A program made the translations under genes and the position numbers. Below, one piece after another: positions 31,684 through 41,405 of a stretch of DNA of 64,000 bases (the first letter of the stretch is position 1; each line of letters opens with the position of its first letter). A model generated the notes under the pieces. The model was not told the origin of the DNA. It ran no database searches and worked only from the letters and a program-made list of their open reading frames with translations. Origin of the DNA: Sedimentisphaerales bacterium (GTDB lineage: Bacteria > Planctomycetota > Phycisphaerae > Sedimentisphaerales > SM23-30); assembly GCA_963663805.2 (NCBI GenBank), contig CAXXMR010000015.1, forward strand, positions 32,001 to 96,000, read 5' to 3'.

Positions 31684-33375
31684 ATGCTCCTGTCCCCAAA
31701 AACTTTTATATTATCTCTGCTCGTAATCATTCAAATCGTATCGGCGGATTTTACCCTCAGGCCCAAACCCACGTTTCGCGTGCTTTTCAATAACGACCTG
31801 ACCAACGTGAGAAATTGCCAAAGCGCTTACCACAAATTCGGAGAGCCTTTCAGCAAAGAAATATTACAAGCCTCTATAAATGAAACCTGCAATACCGGCA
31901 TTGACGTTCATTTGCTCTCGCCCGGCCACAGTTGGGCCCCCTTATGGAAAAGCAAAATCTATCCTTATGAAAAACACGCTAAATGGTATAAGCAAAGAAC
32001 CGGTCTGAACGTCACAACTTTCGGCCAATATATGCTTGAAGGCGGAGACATTGTCGGAGATTTCGTAGAGCATTGTAAAAAGGTCAACATGCCGGCTTTT
32101 ATTTCCTTCCGACTAAATGACTGGCATCAGAAAAATTATGTCGATCTCAGTAAAGAACAATTAAAAGAATACAATATTCAAGCATTCTCCTCTATGGAGA
32201 CCTGTAAATTCTATGATGAACACCCAGAGTACAGACTAAACAGCATTTTCGCACTGCCACCTATGGACGATATTCCCCTTAATGAGTATCTCGAAACCTA
32301 CAGGAATAAAATCAAATCAAACAATATTCATGATTGGAGCATCCCAGAGGTCCGCAACTACAAGTTCGACTTTATCCAGGAGATTTGTAATAATTACGAT
32401 ATTGACGGCCTGGAACTCGATTTCATGCGACATAAATGGTATTTCAAGCCCAGCCTTCCATTTGAAGAACGCAAAAAAATCATGAGTAATTTCGTCATGA
32501 AAATCAGAGCCCTGTTAGACAAAACAGCTAGAAATGGCAAATACCGCTGGCTCTGCGCCAGGATACCAACAAGGTTAAAAGATATGAAATCGATGGGCCT
32601 CGACCCCCAAACCTTATATCAAACAGGCGTGGACATGTTCAATCTCAGTTATAGCTACGAAACCGAGCAACAAAATGATTTAGCCAAAATACATAAACTG
32701 ATTCCCCAGGCCGCCCTCTATCTGGAAATAACTCATGTAATTGCCAGATATGAACCCGACGGCAAATCTGCAAAAAACCATAAGAGCTTATCTCTGCAAC
32801 ATGTAATGACCAAGCCCGAACAATATTTCACCTCTGCCCATCTTGCCTACGGTAGAGGAGCAAGAGGTGTCAGCTTGTTTAATTTTGCCTATTACAGAGA
32901 ATATGCCGAAAGACAGGGAACAGTTTGTGAACCTTTTTTTGAAATATTCAAAACTGTCTCCACTCCTAGCCTCCTGGCAAACCAGCCCCAACATTATTTT
33001 ATCGCAGACTTTGACCACGACTCAAAAAAATTTACAGATATAAAAATTCAAAACGGCCTGAACGAAACTTTCACACTGGATATGGCTCTACCCAATGGCG
33101 GATTAAAGCATGATGCCAAATTGCGAATACAAGTTGAACCATCATGGGAAAATATTCCCTGCACAATCACTTTTAATAATGTCGTATTGAAAAATACGGA
33201 TAAAATTGAAGAGCCCTACGAAACTATTCTAAAAGACGGACTGGGTAATAAAAACTCGTTAGCGGCTTGGATTGTGCCAAAAGAAACGATTGTTAACGGT
33301 ATTAATTATATAAATATTATCATCCCTAAAGGCTGCGACTCAAAACTAATATTACTCGATATAGCTGTTCAATAG
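31684..33375 (+). CDS. Secreted GH156-like TIM-barrel glycoside hydrolase (paralog 4)
   Basis: VLFNNDLTN, FISFRLNDWH, YDIDGLELDFMRH, RGARGVSLFNFAYYR. Confidence 0.75.
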   Translation: MLLSPKTFILSLLVIIQIVSADFTLRPKPTFRVLFNNDLTNVRNCQSAYHKFGEPFSKEILQASINETCNTGIDVHLLSPGHSWAPLWKSKIYPYEKHAKWYKQRTGLNVTTFGQYMLEGGDIVGDFVEHCKKVNMPAFISFRLNDWHQKNYVDLSKEQLKEYNIQAFSSMETCKFYDEHPEYRLNSIFALPPMDDIPLNEYLETYRNKIKSNNIHDWSIPEVRNYKFDFIQEICNNYDIDGLELDFMRHKWYFKPSLPFEERKKIMSNFVMKIRALLDKTARNGKYRWLCARIPTRLKDMKSMGLDPQTLYQTGVDMFNLSYSYETEQQNDLAKIHKLIPQAALYLEITHVIARYEPDGKSAKNHKSLSLQHVMTKPEQYFTSAHLAYGRGARGVSLFNFAYYREYAERQGTVCEPFFEIFKTVSTPSLLANQPQHYFIADFDHDSKKFTDIKIQNGLNETFTLDMALPNGGLKHDAKLRIQVEPSWENIPCTITFNNVVLKNTDKIEEPYETILKDGLGNKNSLAAWIVPKETIVNGINYINIIIPKGCDSKLILLDIAVQ

Positions 33376-33596
33376 CTTAAGCAGCGTAACCTTGTACTTG
33401 TCAAGCAAGCGAGATACCGCTTTTGAGCGGTTGAAAATTGAAAATTTTGCTCTTTGAAAAGTTTACATAATCATCCCATAAGTTTGGGGACTGGGTGTTT
33501 AGGGTTGTTTTTGATTGCAAAAACAGCCCATTGCGGGGTTTTGACTCCAGAGGGAGTTTGTGAATTTCATTGTTTTCAGCGATATCGCTCAATGAT

Positions 33597-34720
33597 TATT
33601 ACTCCGGCAATTAAACATATGAATCAACTCGCTTTTGCGTATTGCACTTTTTCGTGATTAAAAAACTTTTTTACCTTCTTAGGCTTTCGTTGCAGGCTCC
33701 GCATATAAGAACTCAGATTATCCTGCAATTGTTCTTGTGACCTTGGCGCGGGCTTCTTCTTGAGTTGTTGTTTGATGTCCTGGTTGACATATTCATCGGG
33801 GTTATGTTCCGGGCTGTAAGGCGGCAGAAAGAACAGCTCGATTTTCTTTTTATGTTTAGTTGCCCACCGTTGAACCTTCTTGGCATGGTGAACTCTAAGA
33901 TTATCGACAATCAAAAATACTTTTCGTTTAGCATCCTTAATGAGTCGTCGCAAAAATGTCAAAAATATATCCACCTTCAAGCCGCCTTCATAAATCATAA
34001 AACGCAATTGCCCTTTATTTGTCAGCGATGAAATCATACTTACCGAAAAACGCTGGGCTGGGCCGTAAACCGTCGGGGTTTGGCCTTTAGGAGCATAGCC
34101 CCGACCACGAGCGTCAGCACTGTTAAGCCCGGTTTCATCAGCCCATTGAATCTCAGCATCTTCCTTTTTAGCACGCTTTTCGATCTCTGGATAGGTCTCG
34201 CCCAGCCATTGCTGGACCTTTTCGGGCTGTTGCTCATAAGCTTTGCGAATCGGTTTTTGAGGTGTAAAACCCCAACGCTTAAGATATTCGCCAGCAGTGC
34301 GGATCGGCAACTTAATCGAAAATTTCTGTTCGATTAAATCCATTACCGCCTGACGATTCCACAAAGCAAATTTCAGTTTTAACTGTTCGGGATATTTGTC
34401 CCGAATCAAAACCTGAATCTCCTTTTCCTGCTCTAAAGTCAAAGTTCTGTTTTCGCCTTTTCTGCGACCTCGTTGGCCGGGCTTTAAGCCAGCCATTCCC
34501 TCAGACAAATATCGCTGCCACCATCGATTGACAGTTTGGTAAGCAATCTCAAGGATCGCCGCAACTTCCCTTTGCTTTTTGCCGGCTTTGAGCAACTTTA
34601 TGCAGGTTCGCCTCAGTTCATACTGAGCTTGCTGGTTAAGTTTTCGGGCATCTCGTTTTTCCATTACAAAAGTATAGCAGAAAATTAATAATGTTCATCT
34701 ATTTTATTGCCGGATTAATA
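33597..34720 (-). mobile_element. IS630-family insertion sequence, copy 2
   Basis: Same TA-flanked IRs as copy 1. Inserted in the non-coding end of the IS4. Confidence 0.95.
33624..34664 (-). CDS. IS630-family transposase
   Basis: 346 aa. Differs from copy 1 by RQAV vs RQVV. Confidence 0.95.
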   Translation of the reverse strand: MEKRDARKLNQQAQYELRRTCIKLLKAGKKQREVAAILEIAYQTVNRWWQRYLSEGMAGLKPGQRGRRKGENRTLTLEQEKEIQVLIRDKYPEQLKLKFALWNRQAVMDLIEQKFSIKLPIRTAGEYLKRWGFTPQKPIRKAYEQQPEKVQQWLGETYPEIEKRAKKEDAEIQWADETGLNSADARGRGYAPKGQTPTVYGPAQRFSVSMISSLTNKGQLRFMIYEGGLKVDIFLTFLRRLIKDAKRKVFLIVDNLRVHHAKKVQRWATKHKKKIELFFLPPYSPEHNPDEYVNQDIKQQLKKKPAPRSQEQLQDNLSSYMRSLQRKPKKVKKFFNHEKVQYAKAS

Positions 34721-34764
34721 GCTGGAATCGCTGTTTTTAAACGGTTAGCATTGAGTCACAAATC

Positions 34765-35991
34765 TTATTTTAGATCAAAACCTGGTAAATATGCTTGTTG
34801 AGGGTTGGCGACCATGCGGGGTGAGCCACGTGCTGTCCCACAGAAAATCATGACACTGAAAATATTCAGGCGGCTAAATAATACGCCGCGTAACAAAGTG
34901 AATAAGCGTTTGAAGCTGCCTTGCCATTTTCCCAGAAATCCCACAAACCGCAATAAAACATAGGCTAGCAGTGCTATCCACACTTGCCACAGGATCGCGT
35001 TTTGGCTATGGCCCAGAAAATCTGACAGTTGTAATGTTTGTTTGATTTGTTTGAAAAACACTTCGACACCCCAACGACATTGATATAAATCACAGATACT
35101 TGAGGGTGCCCAGGTTTTATTGTTGGTGATAAACGTCATCGTTTTTTCTTTGCCATTGATTTCAATAATCGCCGTCACGAGTCGCAAAGGTTGCGGATAT
35201 GCTTCGTAGCTTTTGGGCGTTTGCAATTCAATTAAATCATCGTTGGCAATTTTACCTTTGGGTTTTGTGTGTTGTTTAACAATTCGGTAAGCCATATTTT
35301 CTTTGGCCCGCGTAACCCAAAAAACGTCGCGTTTATCCAGTTTTGCCAAATGCTTAAAATCGACGTAGGCCTTGTCAAACACCGCTATTTCGCCACTTTT
35401 AAGATTTTTACATAAGCTATACGCTTCGGTGGAATCATGCGTCGATGCGTTTTTTACAATCGCAAACTGCGGCAGAAACGTTTGCAGATTTAATTGCATG
35501 TGGCACTTCGCCGCCGCTTTACGCCTGCGATGTTTGGCCCAATCCATGCAGTTTGCGACCAGCTGAATTGTAGTCGAGTCAATCGCATAAATAGTTCGTT
35601 TGAACCTTCGGGGCAGAGCCGAATATTTTGCTTCATATCCAAACGCTGGATGCTGATTTTGGATATGGGACAGCACCTGCCAGAAAAGCTCTTGAGCCAT
35701 CGCGGGGTCACGAACACGGTTAGCATGCGATAAACCATTCTTGCTCGGCGGGGTTGCGTTGCGAATCGTTGTCAAAACTCCTGCGTGATTTCTCAGCGTA
35801 TCTGCCACATCGTTGAGCGATAAACTGTGAGCAATTTGAACATGCAGCATCGACACCACATGCGACCAGGGCGAAAAAGACCGGGATTTTTTGTCCGCCC
35901 CAAACGCTCGAGCTAGTTTTGCTACCATATGAGCAGGAATGTGCTGGCAAATTTGCTGAAGAATGGTATATTTGTGCTTAGCTGGGCTCAT
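34765..35991 (-). CDS. IS4-family transposase (DUF4372-like N-terminus + DDE)
   Basis: AIDSTTI, FDKAYVDF, YQCRWGVEVFFKQIKQ (YREK-like). Confidence 0.93.
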   Translation of the reverse strand: MSPAKHKYTILQQICQHIPAHMVAKLARAFGADKKSRSFSPWSHVVSMLHVQIAHSLSLNDVADTLRNHAGVLTTIRNATPPSKNGLSHANRVRDPAMAQELFWQVLSHIQNQHPAFGYEAKYSALPRRFKRTIYAIDSTTIQLVANCMDWAKHRRRKAAAKCHMQLNLQTFLPQFAIVKNASTHDSTEAYSLCKNLKSGEIAVFDKAYVDFKHLAKLDKRDVFWVTRAKENMAYRIVKQHTKPKGKIANDDLIELQTPKSYEAYPQPLRLVTAIIEINGKEKTMTFITNNKTWAPSSICDLYQCRWGVEVFFKQIKQTLQLSDFLGHSQNAILWQVWIALLAYVLLRFVGFLGKWQGSFKRLFTLLRGVLFSRLNIFSVMIFCGTARGSPRMVANPQQAYLPGFDLK

Positions 35992-36090
35992 GAGTTACTC
36001 CTGTTTTTTGGTAACTACAGTGTAACTCATACCCGGCTATATTCAAATGTTCGATTTAGGAGCGTTCCGTATGGGATGGCAGTGAAAAGT

Positions 36091-36816
36091 TTATATGAGT
36101 TCAGATTCAGAGTTGTCGAAGAACACTGACGTGTTGTCAATTGACCAGACATGGTTGGGATACCAAGCAGGAATAGAACGAACTTTCACTTGTTCTTTAA
36201 TTTTCTGTTTACTCGGAGGATTTTTCGGTTTTCTAGGCTGAGGACGATTGAGGATATTTCTGACGGTGGATGCTGAAATAAAAACTTTCAGCAAGGCCAG
36301 TTGGCTGGCTATCCTCATTCTGCCCCAGTTGGTATTATTCTTAGCAATCTCCCAGGCTAATGCGGCGATCTCGGCAGGCGTTTTGTTAGCGGGAGTCCTA
36401 TGTTTGACTTGGGTTTCAATATTGCGCATCCAGCGATAGTAAGTTGATTTGGCGATGCCGACATACTCAGAGAGCTTGTTCCTGGGAATCTGAAAAGTTT
36501 CGACGTAATTCAGGATGAACAATTTCTCGTCAAGCGTATAGCGTTTGTTGGTGTCTTTTTTCTTCAAGCCTTTCTGTAATATGCTGATTTGAATGGCCTG
36601 CTGGTAAACTTTGTCACGAAGAAAGAATATTTCCTTATCCTTTTCGTCAATATCCATTTGGGCTACTCGCTTCAGTTGGCGTTTTCTGGCTCGGCCTGAA
36701 AACTGAGCGGCTAAAACTACGGCCTTGATGAGATAGGAAATAACAGTGCTGAGAGTCTCGATGTTGTGATACATGCTTTCCACTTTGGCTGTTTGATATT
36801 GATCGCTTTTAAACAC
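36091..36816 (-). pseudogene. Truncated rve-type transposase (HTH domains, stops at the start of the integrase core)
   Basis: GIAKSTYYRW, NWGRMRIASQL..ISASTVRNIL, PNHVWSID, then premature end. Identical protein at 61419-62144. Confidence 0.85.
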
Positions 36817-37118
36817 CTATATAAATATATTATATGTTTCAACAGCAAAATAGCAAGCCCCCCTACCACCCTGACAGATCAAGCAATGGATAGCTTGCGA
36901 CAGGTCGGTTAGAATCCCATTGCAAATCACCAACCCGCCAGTTAGCATACTTAGCAAATATAGAGACATATTTTGGCAGGAAGCGTCGCTTGGGGCGTAT
37001 GACCTCCAGAAAACCAAGGTAAAGAGCTTAATTTTTGATATGCCCAAACGGTTGCTTGAAAAACGAGAGAAAACAACACAAAAATGCGAGTGTGACATAA
37101 GATATTTATTTATAAGGC

Positions 37119-37226
37119 TTTATAGAACGTAGAGCGCAGGCTTTTTTCGCATCATTCGGGGTCCCGACTTGGACACCAGAGCGTTAATCATTTTAGCAAT
37201 TCCGAAATTCGTATGTTTCGGGGAGC
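37119..37226. repeat. Repeat R1 (~100 bp), homologous to 63901-64000 and 44522-44614
   Basis: Ungapped manual alignment to 63901-64000 gives about 76/100 matches. Core CGGGGTCCCGA(C/G)TTGGACAC. Confidence 0.85.
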
Positions 37227-37228
37227 TG

Positions 37229-37263
37229 AAAGCCTCTCACACCCCCTGTGAGAGGCTTTTTTT
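37229..37263 (+). terminator. Rho-independent terminator
   Basis: AAAGCCTCTCACA-CCCCC-TGTGAGAGGCTTT followed by a T-run. Confidence 0.85.
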
Positions 37264-37595
37264 ATGCGCGTCAAATCGCGCGGAATCCGCGATATTTGTA
37301 CCAGGAAACCCGTTCGGTTTGACGAGGTTTTGGGACGGGGGTACTAAAGGTGTTAACTGGGATTAGACCCCAAAACGTCTATTTTCTCAAAACTCTGAGA
37401 CTCTGACGCCCTTGGGGCTCTTTCAGTTAACACCCTAAAAAGTTTTGGGGTAGATAAAAAAAGTCTCGAACTCGGCCTGATGAAACCACCCCCCCAATTA
37501 TATTTTTTTCAATTTTCTGCGCGACAAAATCGGCCCAGCTGCAGATATAGAAGGTGCAGGCAGTTAGTATTTTTCCTCAAAACAGGAGGCCGAAC

Positions 37596-37778
37596 TTGTT
37601 CAAGTCGAAGTCTTATCCGGAACTTACCCCCCGCCAGCGTCGGCGGCAAATTATCGAGATTATTTCCGCATCCCTGGCCACCCCGCCCAAGCCGGAAAAT
37701 ACCCCAGAGGAGGCAGAGCAGCATTCTGCAAAATCCGGCAAAAATACTCCAGATTTATCTCAGAAAGCCCTTGAGTAA
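37596..37778 (+). CDS. Small hypothetical protein heading the DUF2924/recombinase module
   Basis: AGGAGG then TTG at 37596. LTPRQRRRQIIEIISASL resembles the short ORFs that precede such modules. Confidence 0.55.
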   Translation: MFKSKSYPELTPRQRRRQIIEIISASLATPPKPENTPEEAEQHSAKSGKNTPDLSQKALE

Positions 37779-37853
37779 CTCGGGTAAATCGGGCTTAAGT
37801 GTGTCTGTGTTAACTGAGAAATATGGCCCTAAACCCGGCTTGGAGTATGCGCA

Positions 37854-38360
37854 ATGAAGATGACTACAAAACAGAAAATCGCGGAAATTCAGCGGATGAC
37901 GGCGGGTGAAATGCGGCGGGAATACATCGAGGTATTCGGAGAAGAAACTCGCTCCGGCAATCGCCAATGGATGTATCGACGACTCGCCTGGCGGCTGCAG
38001 GCTCTTGATGAAGGTGGTATTACTAACCGGGCCCGGAAGCGGGCTCGGGAACTGGTGCGGGATCAGGATATTCGTGTTATCCCGCCGGCGGAGATGAAAC
38101 TGGAGCCGCCACGTAAATCAACTGATAAGACACTTGATGCCCCGGATTTCATTATTAACAACCGTGACCCCCGACTGCCTATCCCCGGCCAGGTAATCCC
38201 TCGCAAATATAAAGGCACCATGCACCAGGTTACCGTCTTGGCTAATGGCTTCGAATATGAAGGTAAGGTCTACCGTAGCCTGTCGGCGGTGGCCCGTTTA
38301 ATTACCGGCAGTAACTGGAATGGATACCATTTCTTTAAACTTCCCAGCCCCAGAAAGTAG
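37854..38360 (+). CDS. DUF2924-like protein
   Basis: LAWRLQALDEGG, PGQVIPRKYKG..VTVL..GFEYEG..YRSLSAVARLITGSNWNGYHFF. Confidence 0.88.
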   Translation: MKMTTKQKIAEIQRMTAGEMRREYIEVFGEETRSGNRQWMYRRLAWRLQALDEGGITNRARKRARELVRDQDIRVIPPAEMKLEPPRKSTDKTLDAPDFIINNRDPRLPIPGQVIPRKYKGTMHQVTVLANGFEYEGKVYRSLSAVARLITGSNWNGYHFFKLPSPRK

Positions 38361-38365
38361 AGTGA

Positions 38366-39910
38366 ATGATACGAGCCACAAAAGAAGTAGTTCGGTGTGC
38401 AATTTATACCCGCAAGAGTACCGAAGATGGGTTAGAACAGGATTTCAACTCCCTGGACGCCCAGCGAGAAGCTGCCCTGTCATATATCAACAGCCAGAAA
38501 CATGCTGGCTGGCAATGCTTTGGCGATAGTTATGATGACGGTGGTTTCACCGGCGGTAATATTGATCGGCCCGCCTTCCAACGTATGATGCAGGATGTTG
38601 AGGATGGTTTGATTGACTGCATTATTGTCTATAAAATTGATCGGTTGAGCCGCAGTCTTCTGGATTTCGTTAAAATCATGGAGGTGCTCGATGCGAATAA
38701 TGTCTCGTTGGTATCGGTGACTCAGCAGTTTAATACTACCTCCTCCATGGGGAGGTTGACGTTGAATATTCTCCTGTCTTTCGCCCAGTTTGAACGAGAA
38801 ATCATCTCAGAACGTACTCGTGATAAGATTGCCGCTGCCCGTCGCAAAGGCAAATGGGCCGGCGGCCACCGGGTACTGGGCTATGATCTCAAAGAGAGAA
38901 TCGGCAGTAAATATCTGGCCGTCAATTCGCGAGAGGCCGATCAGGTAAAACAAATATTTGAGATTTACGTCCACACCGGCTCCATTATGGATACCTTGCG
39001 GTCATTGCGGGAGAAAGGTATTACCACCAAAAAATACCATACGAAGAAGGGCAAGCTGCGAGGAGGTGCGAATTTCGACACGGGCACCCTGCGCACCCTG
39101 CTGACGAACGTAACTTACCTGGGTAAGGTCAAGTATAAAGATCAGGTATATGAAGGCGAACACGAAGCGATAATCGATGAGGATACCTTCGGGCTAACGC
39201 AGGGACTGCTCAAACAGAATCGCAGTTCCGGTGCCCGGTATAGAAGCCAGAAAAACCCGGCTTTGCTGAACGGCTTGCTACGCTGTCAGCACTGCGGCTG
39301 TGCCATGACGCATCATTACTCCAGTAAGCCGAATAAACGATATCGCTATTATGTCTGCCTGAAGGCCCAGAAACAGGGCTGGAACACCTGCCCCGGGCCT
39401 TCATTACCGGCACCGGAACTGGAGCGATTTGTGGTGGATCAGATTAGGGGTATTGGTCAGGACACTGGGGTATTGCGGGACTGCGTCCAGAGTGCCCTGG
39501 CGAAAATGCTGGGCGAGATTGAATCCCTTAAAAAAGAGCGCAACAAGAAAGAAAGACGCATCCGGCAGTTGAGTAAACAGACGGGCAAAGCCGCCAGTCG
39601 GGCCAGGCAAGATGAGGCGGTGGCCCAGGAGATGCAATTATATGAACAGCAGATGAAGCAGCTTCAGGCCGAGGTGGCGAGAATCAATACCCAAATAGCG
39701 GCCCTGGAAAAGCAGATGCTCAATTCCGATGAGCTGATGGGTTCCATAGAGACATTTGATCCGATGTGGAACGCGCTGGGGCCGCAGGAAAAGGCCAAAC
39801 TTATGAATTTGCTGGTAAAACAGATTTCCTGGGATAGCAGTCAGGATAAAATTCATATAACATTTCATCAGGCTAATATTGAAGCCCTCACCCAGGCAGG
39901 AGTGAATTAA
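38366..39910 (+). CDS. Large serine recombinase (resolvase + recombinase + Zn-ribbon + coiled coil)
   Basis: CAIYTRKST, VYKIDRLSRS, FAQFEREIISERT, LLRCQHCG..YRYYVC..C. Confidence 0.95.
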   Translation: MIRATKEVVRCAIYTRKSTEDGLEQDFNSLDAQREAALSYINSQKHAGWQCFGDSYDDGGFTGGNIDRPAFQRMMQDVEDGLIDCIIVYKIDRLSRSLLDFVKIMEVLDANNVSLVSVTQQFNTTSSMGRLTLNILLSFAQFEREIISERTRDKIAAARRKGKWAGGHRVLGYDLKERIGSKYLAVNSREADQVKQIFEIYVHTGSIMDTLRSLREKGITTKKYHTKKGKLRGGANFDTGTLRTLLTNVTYLGKVKYKDQVYEGEHEAIIDEDTFGLTQGLLKQNRSSGARYRSQKNPALLNGLLRCQHCGCAMTHHYSSKPNKRYRYYVCLKAQKQGWNTCPGPSLPAPELERFVVDQIRGIGQDTGVLRDCVQSALAKMLGEIESLKKERNKKERRIRQLSKQTGKAASRARQDEAVAQEMQLYEQQMKQLQAEVARINTQIAALEKQMLNSDELMGSIETFDPMWNALGPQEKAKLMNLLVKQISWDSSQDKIHITFHQANIEALTQAGVN

Positions 39911-40330
39911 ATGGCAGAGGTAACCAAGACATTTGAGGTACATTTCCCCACCGGCCAGCGCGGGCGTAAACGTATCAAACGCGGCCCAACCCCCGTTGTG
40001 GATACGCCCAGTGGCCGTGTGCCGCGACTTTCGCGCTTGATGGCCCTGGCCTACCATTTCGAGAATCTGATCGAACAGGGCGGAGTTTATAGCCAGACAG
40101 ATCTGGCCCAACTGGGCCATGTCAGTCGGGCCCGGGTAACCCAGATTATGAACATGCTGCACCTGGCACCTGATATTCAGGCAGAGATTCTGTTCCTGCC
40201 CCCTATCACTCAGGGGCGGGAGCCAATCCCGGAAACTAAGATTCGGCCTATTATCCGGGAAGTGTGCTGGGAGAGGCAGCGGGAGATGTGGCGGAATCTC
40301 CACCAAAGCATAAATATAAAAGCATTTTGA
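39911..40330 (+). CDS. Small HTH-containing accessory protein downstream of the recombinase
   Basis: RLSRLMALA..DLAQLGHVSRARVTQIMNMLHLAPDIQAEIL. Start abuts the recombinase stop. Confidence 0.8.
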   Translation: MAEVTKTFEVHFPTGQRGRKRIKRGPTPVVDTPSGRVPRLSRLMALAYHFENLIEQGGVYSQTDLAQLGHVSRARVTQIMNMLHLAPDIQAEILFLPPITQGREPIPETKIRPIIREVCWERQREMWRNLHQSINIKAF

Positions 40331-40543
40331 GTTTGATCATGTTTGTCCTGTTTGGCATAAAGTGATGTCTATAAGTGTTCGGGCACATGAAAAACCGTAT
40401 ATTACGGGATTTCGAGAAAAATTAGGGCATGGCATTGAATTTTCTTGACTTTGCGGTATCAAATCATGTAAAAGTATAGGTGTCTTAAGGATTTTTATCG
40501 CGATTTTCTTTCAACCGCGCATCCGGAAAATATCAGTTAATAT

Positions 40544-41269
40544 TGGTGATTAGCATTGAAAATGGAGCCAGATTTGCGGGTTTTCTCTTCTGAAAAAGCA
40601 TCGAAAAAGGAGCCACTGTAAAAGGCCGATAAGATGTGTTTAAGATACGTAACATTTTAGACACAGGAGGCTTAGAAAGGTGCTTACAGTGGAGCATTAT
40701 GAGATTATCAGACGTAAAGTTCGTGATGGGATATCGCAACGTGAGGTTGCCCTGGAGCTGGGGCATTCGCGTAACACGGTGGCCAAGGCCCTGAAAAATC
40801 CGATTCCGCCGGGCTATCGGCTCAGTCAGCCGCGGGTCAAGGCTGTCATGGATCCCTTCGCGCACATTATTGACACCTGGCTGGAATCTGACAAAAAGGT
40901 TCGGCGTAAGCAGCGGATGCAGGCGACCAAAATGTATCAGCGGCTTTGTGACGAGTATGGTTTCACCGGCCATTACAGCACTGTCCAGCGGTATATCAAG
41001 GAGGCGAGTAATCGCCAAAAAGAAGCTTACCTGCCGTTAGCGTTTGAGTTTGGCGAAGAAGCCCAGGTTGACTGGCATGAAGCTAACATTAAAGAAAACG
41101 GCAGGGAGAAGAAGGTCTACGTTTTTTGCATGAAGCTGTGCTGTTCTAAGGCTCCTTTTGTTTGTGCTTACGAGAGCATGAAGATCGAATGTTTTCTTGA
41201 CGGCCATGTCCGGGCGTTTGAATATTTCGGCGGCGTGCCCAAACGCATTGCTTACGACAATTTAAAAAC
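40544..41269 (+). mobile_element. IS21 copy 2, left 726 bp only (truncated istA 40680-41279)
   Basis: Left IR at 40544. istA breaks at YDNLKT, where the left IR of copy 3 begins. Confidence 0.93.
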
Positions 41270-41405
41270 TGGTGATTAGCATTGAAAATGGAGCCAGATT
41301 TGCGGGTTTTCTCTTCTGAAAAAGCATCGAAAAAGGAGCCACTGTAAAAGGCCGATAAGATGTGTTTAAGATACGTAACATTTTAGACACAGGAGGCTTA
41401 GAAAG

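Larger units (their letters stand above)
33466..36084 (-). mobile_element. IS4-family insertion sequence carrying a nested IS630
   Basis: IRs CATAATCATCCCATAAG / CGTATGGGATGGCAGTG. 9-bp target duplication AAAAGTTTA (33457-33465, 36085-36093). The empty site is visible at about 61413. Confidence 0.93.
33393..36937 (-). mobile_element. Defective rve-type (IS481/IS3-like) element, copy A, interrupted by IS4
   Basis: Begins TGTACTTGTCAA. After removing the IS4 it is colinear with 61349-62265: ungapped but diverged over the first ~50 bp, and identical as far as I could compare over the rest, up to CAACCCG. Confidence 0.8.

Noticed and set aside
37169..37366. 65-aa ORF over R1 with apparent peptide similarity to R3
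   Set aside because: The similarity follows from the DNA repeat. There is an upstream in-frame stop and a strong terminator inside it.
39638..40306. 222-aa minus-strand ORF
   Set aside because: Antisense to the recombinase end and its accessory gene.
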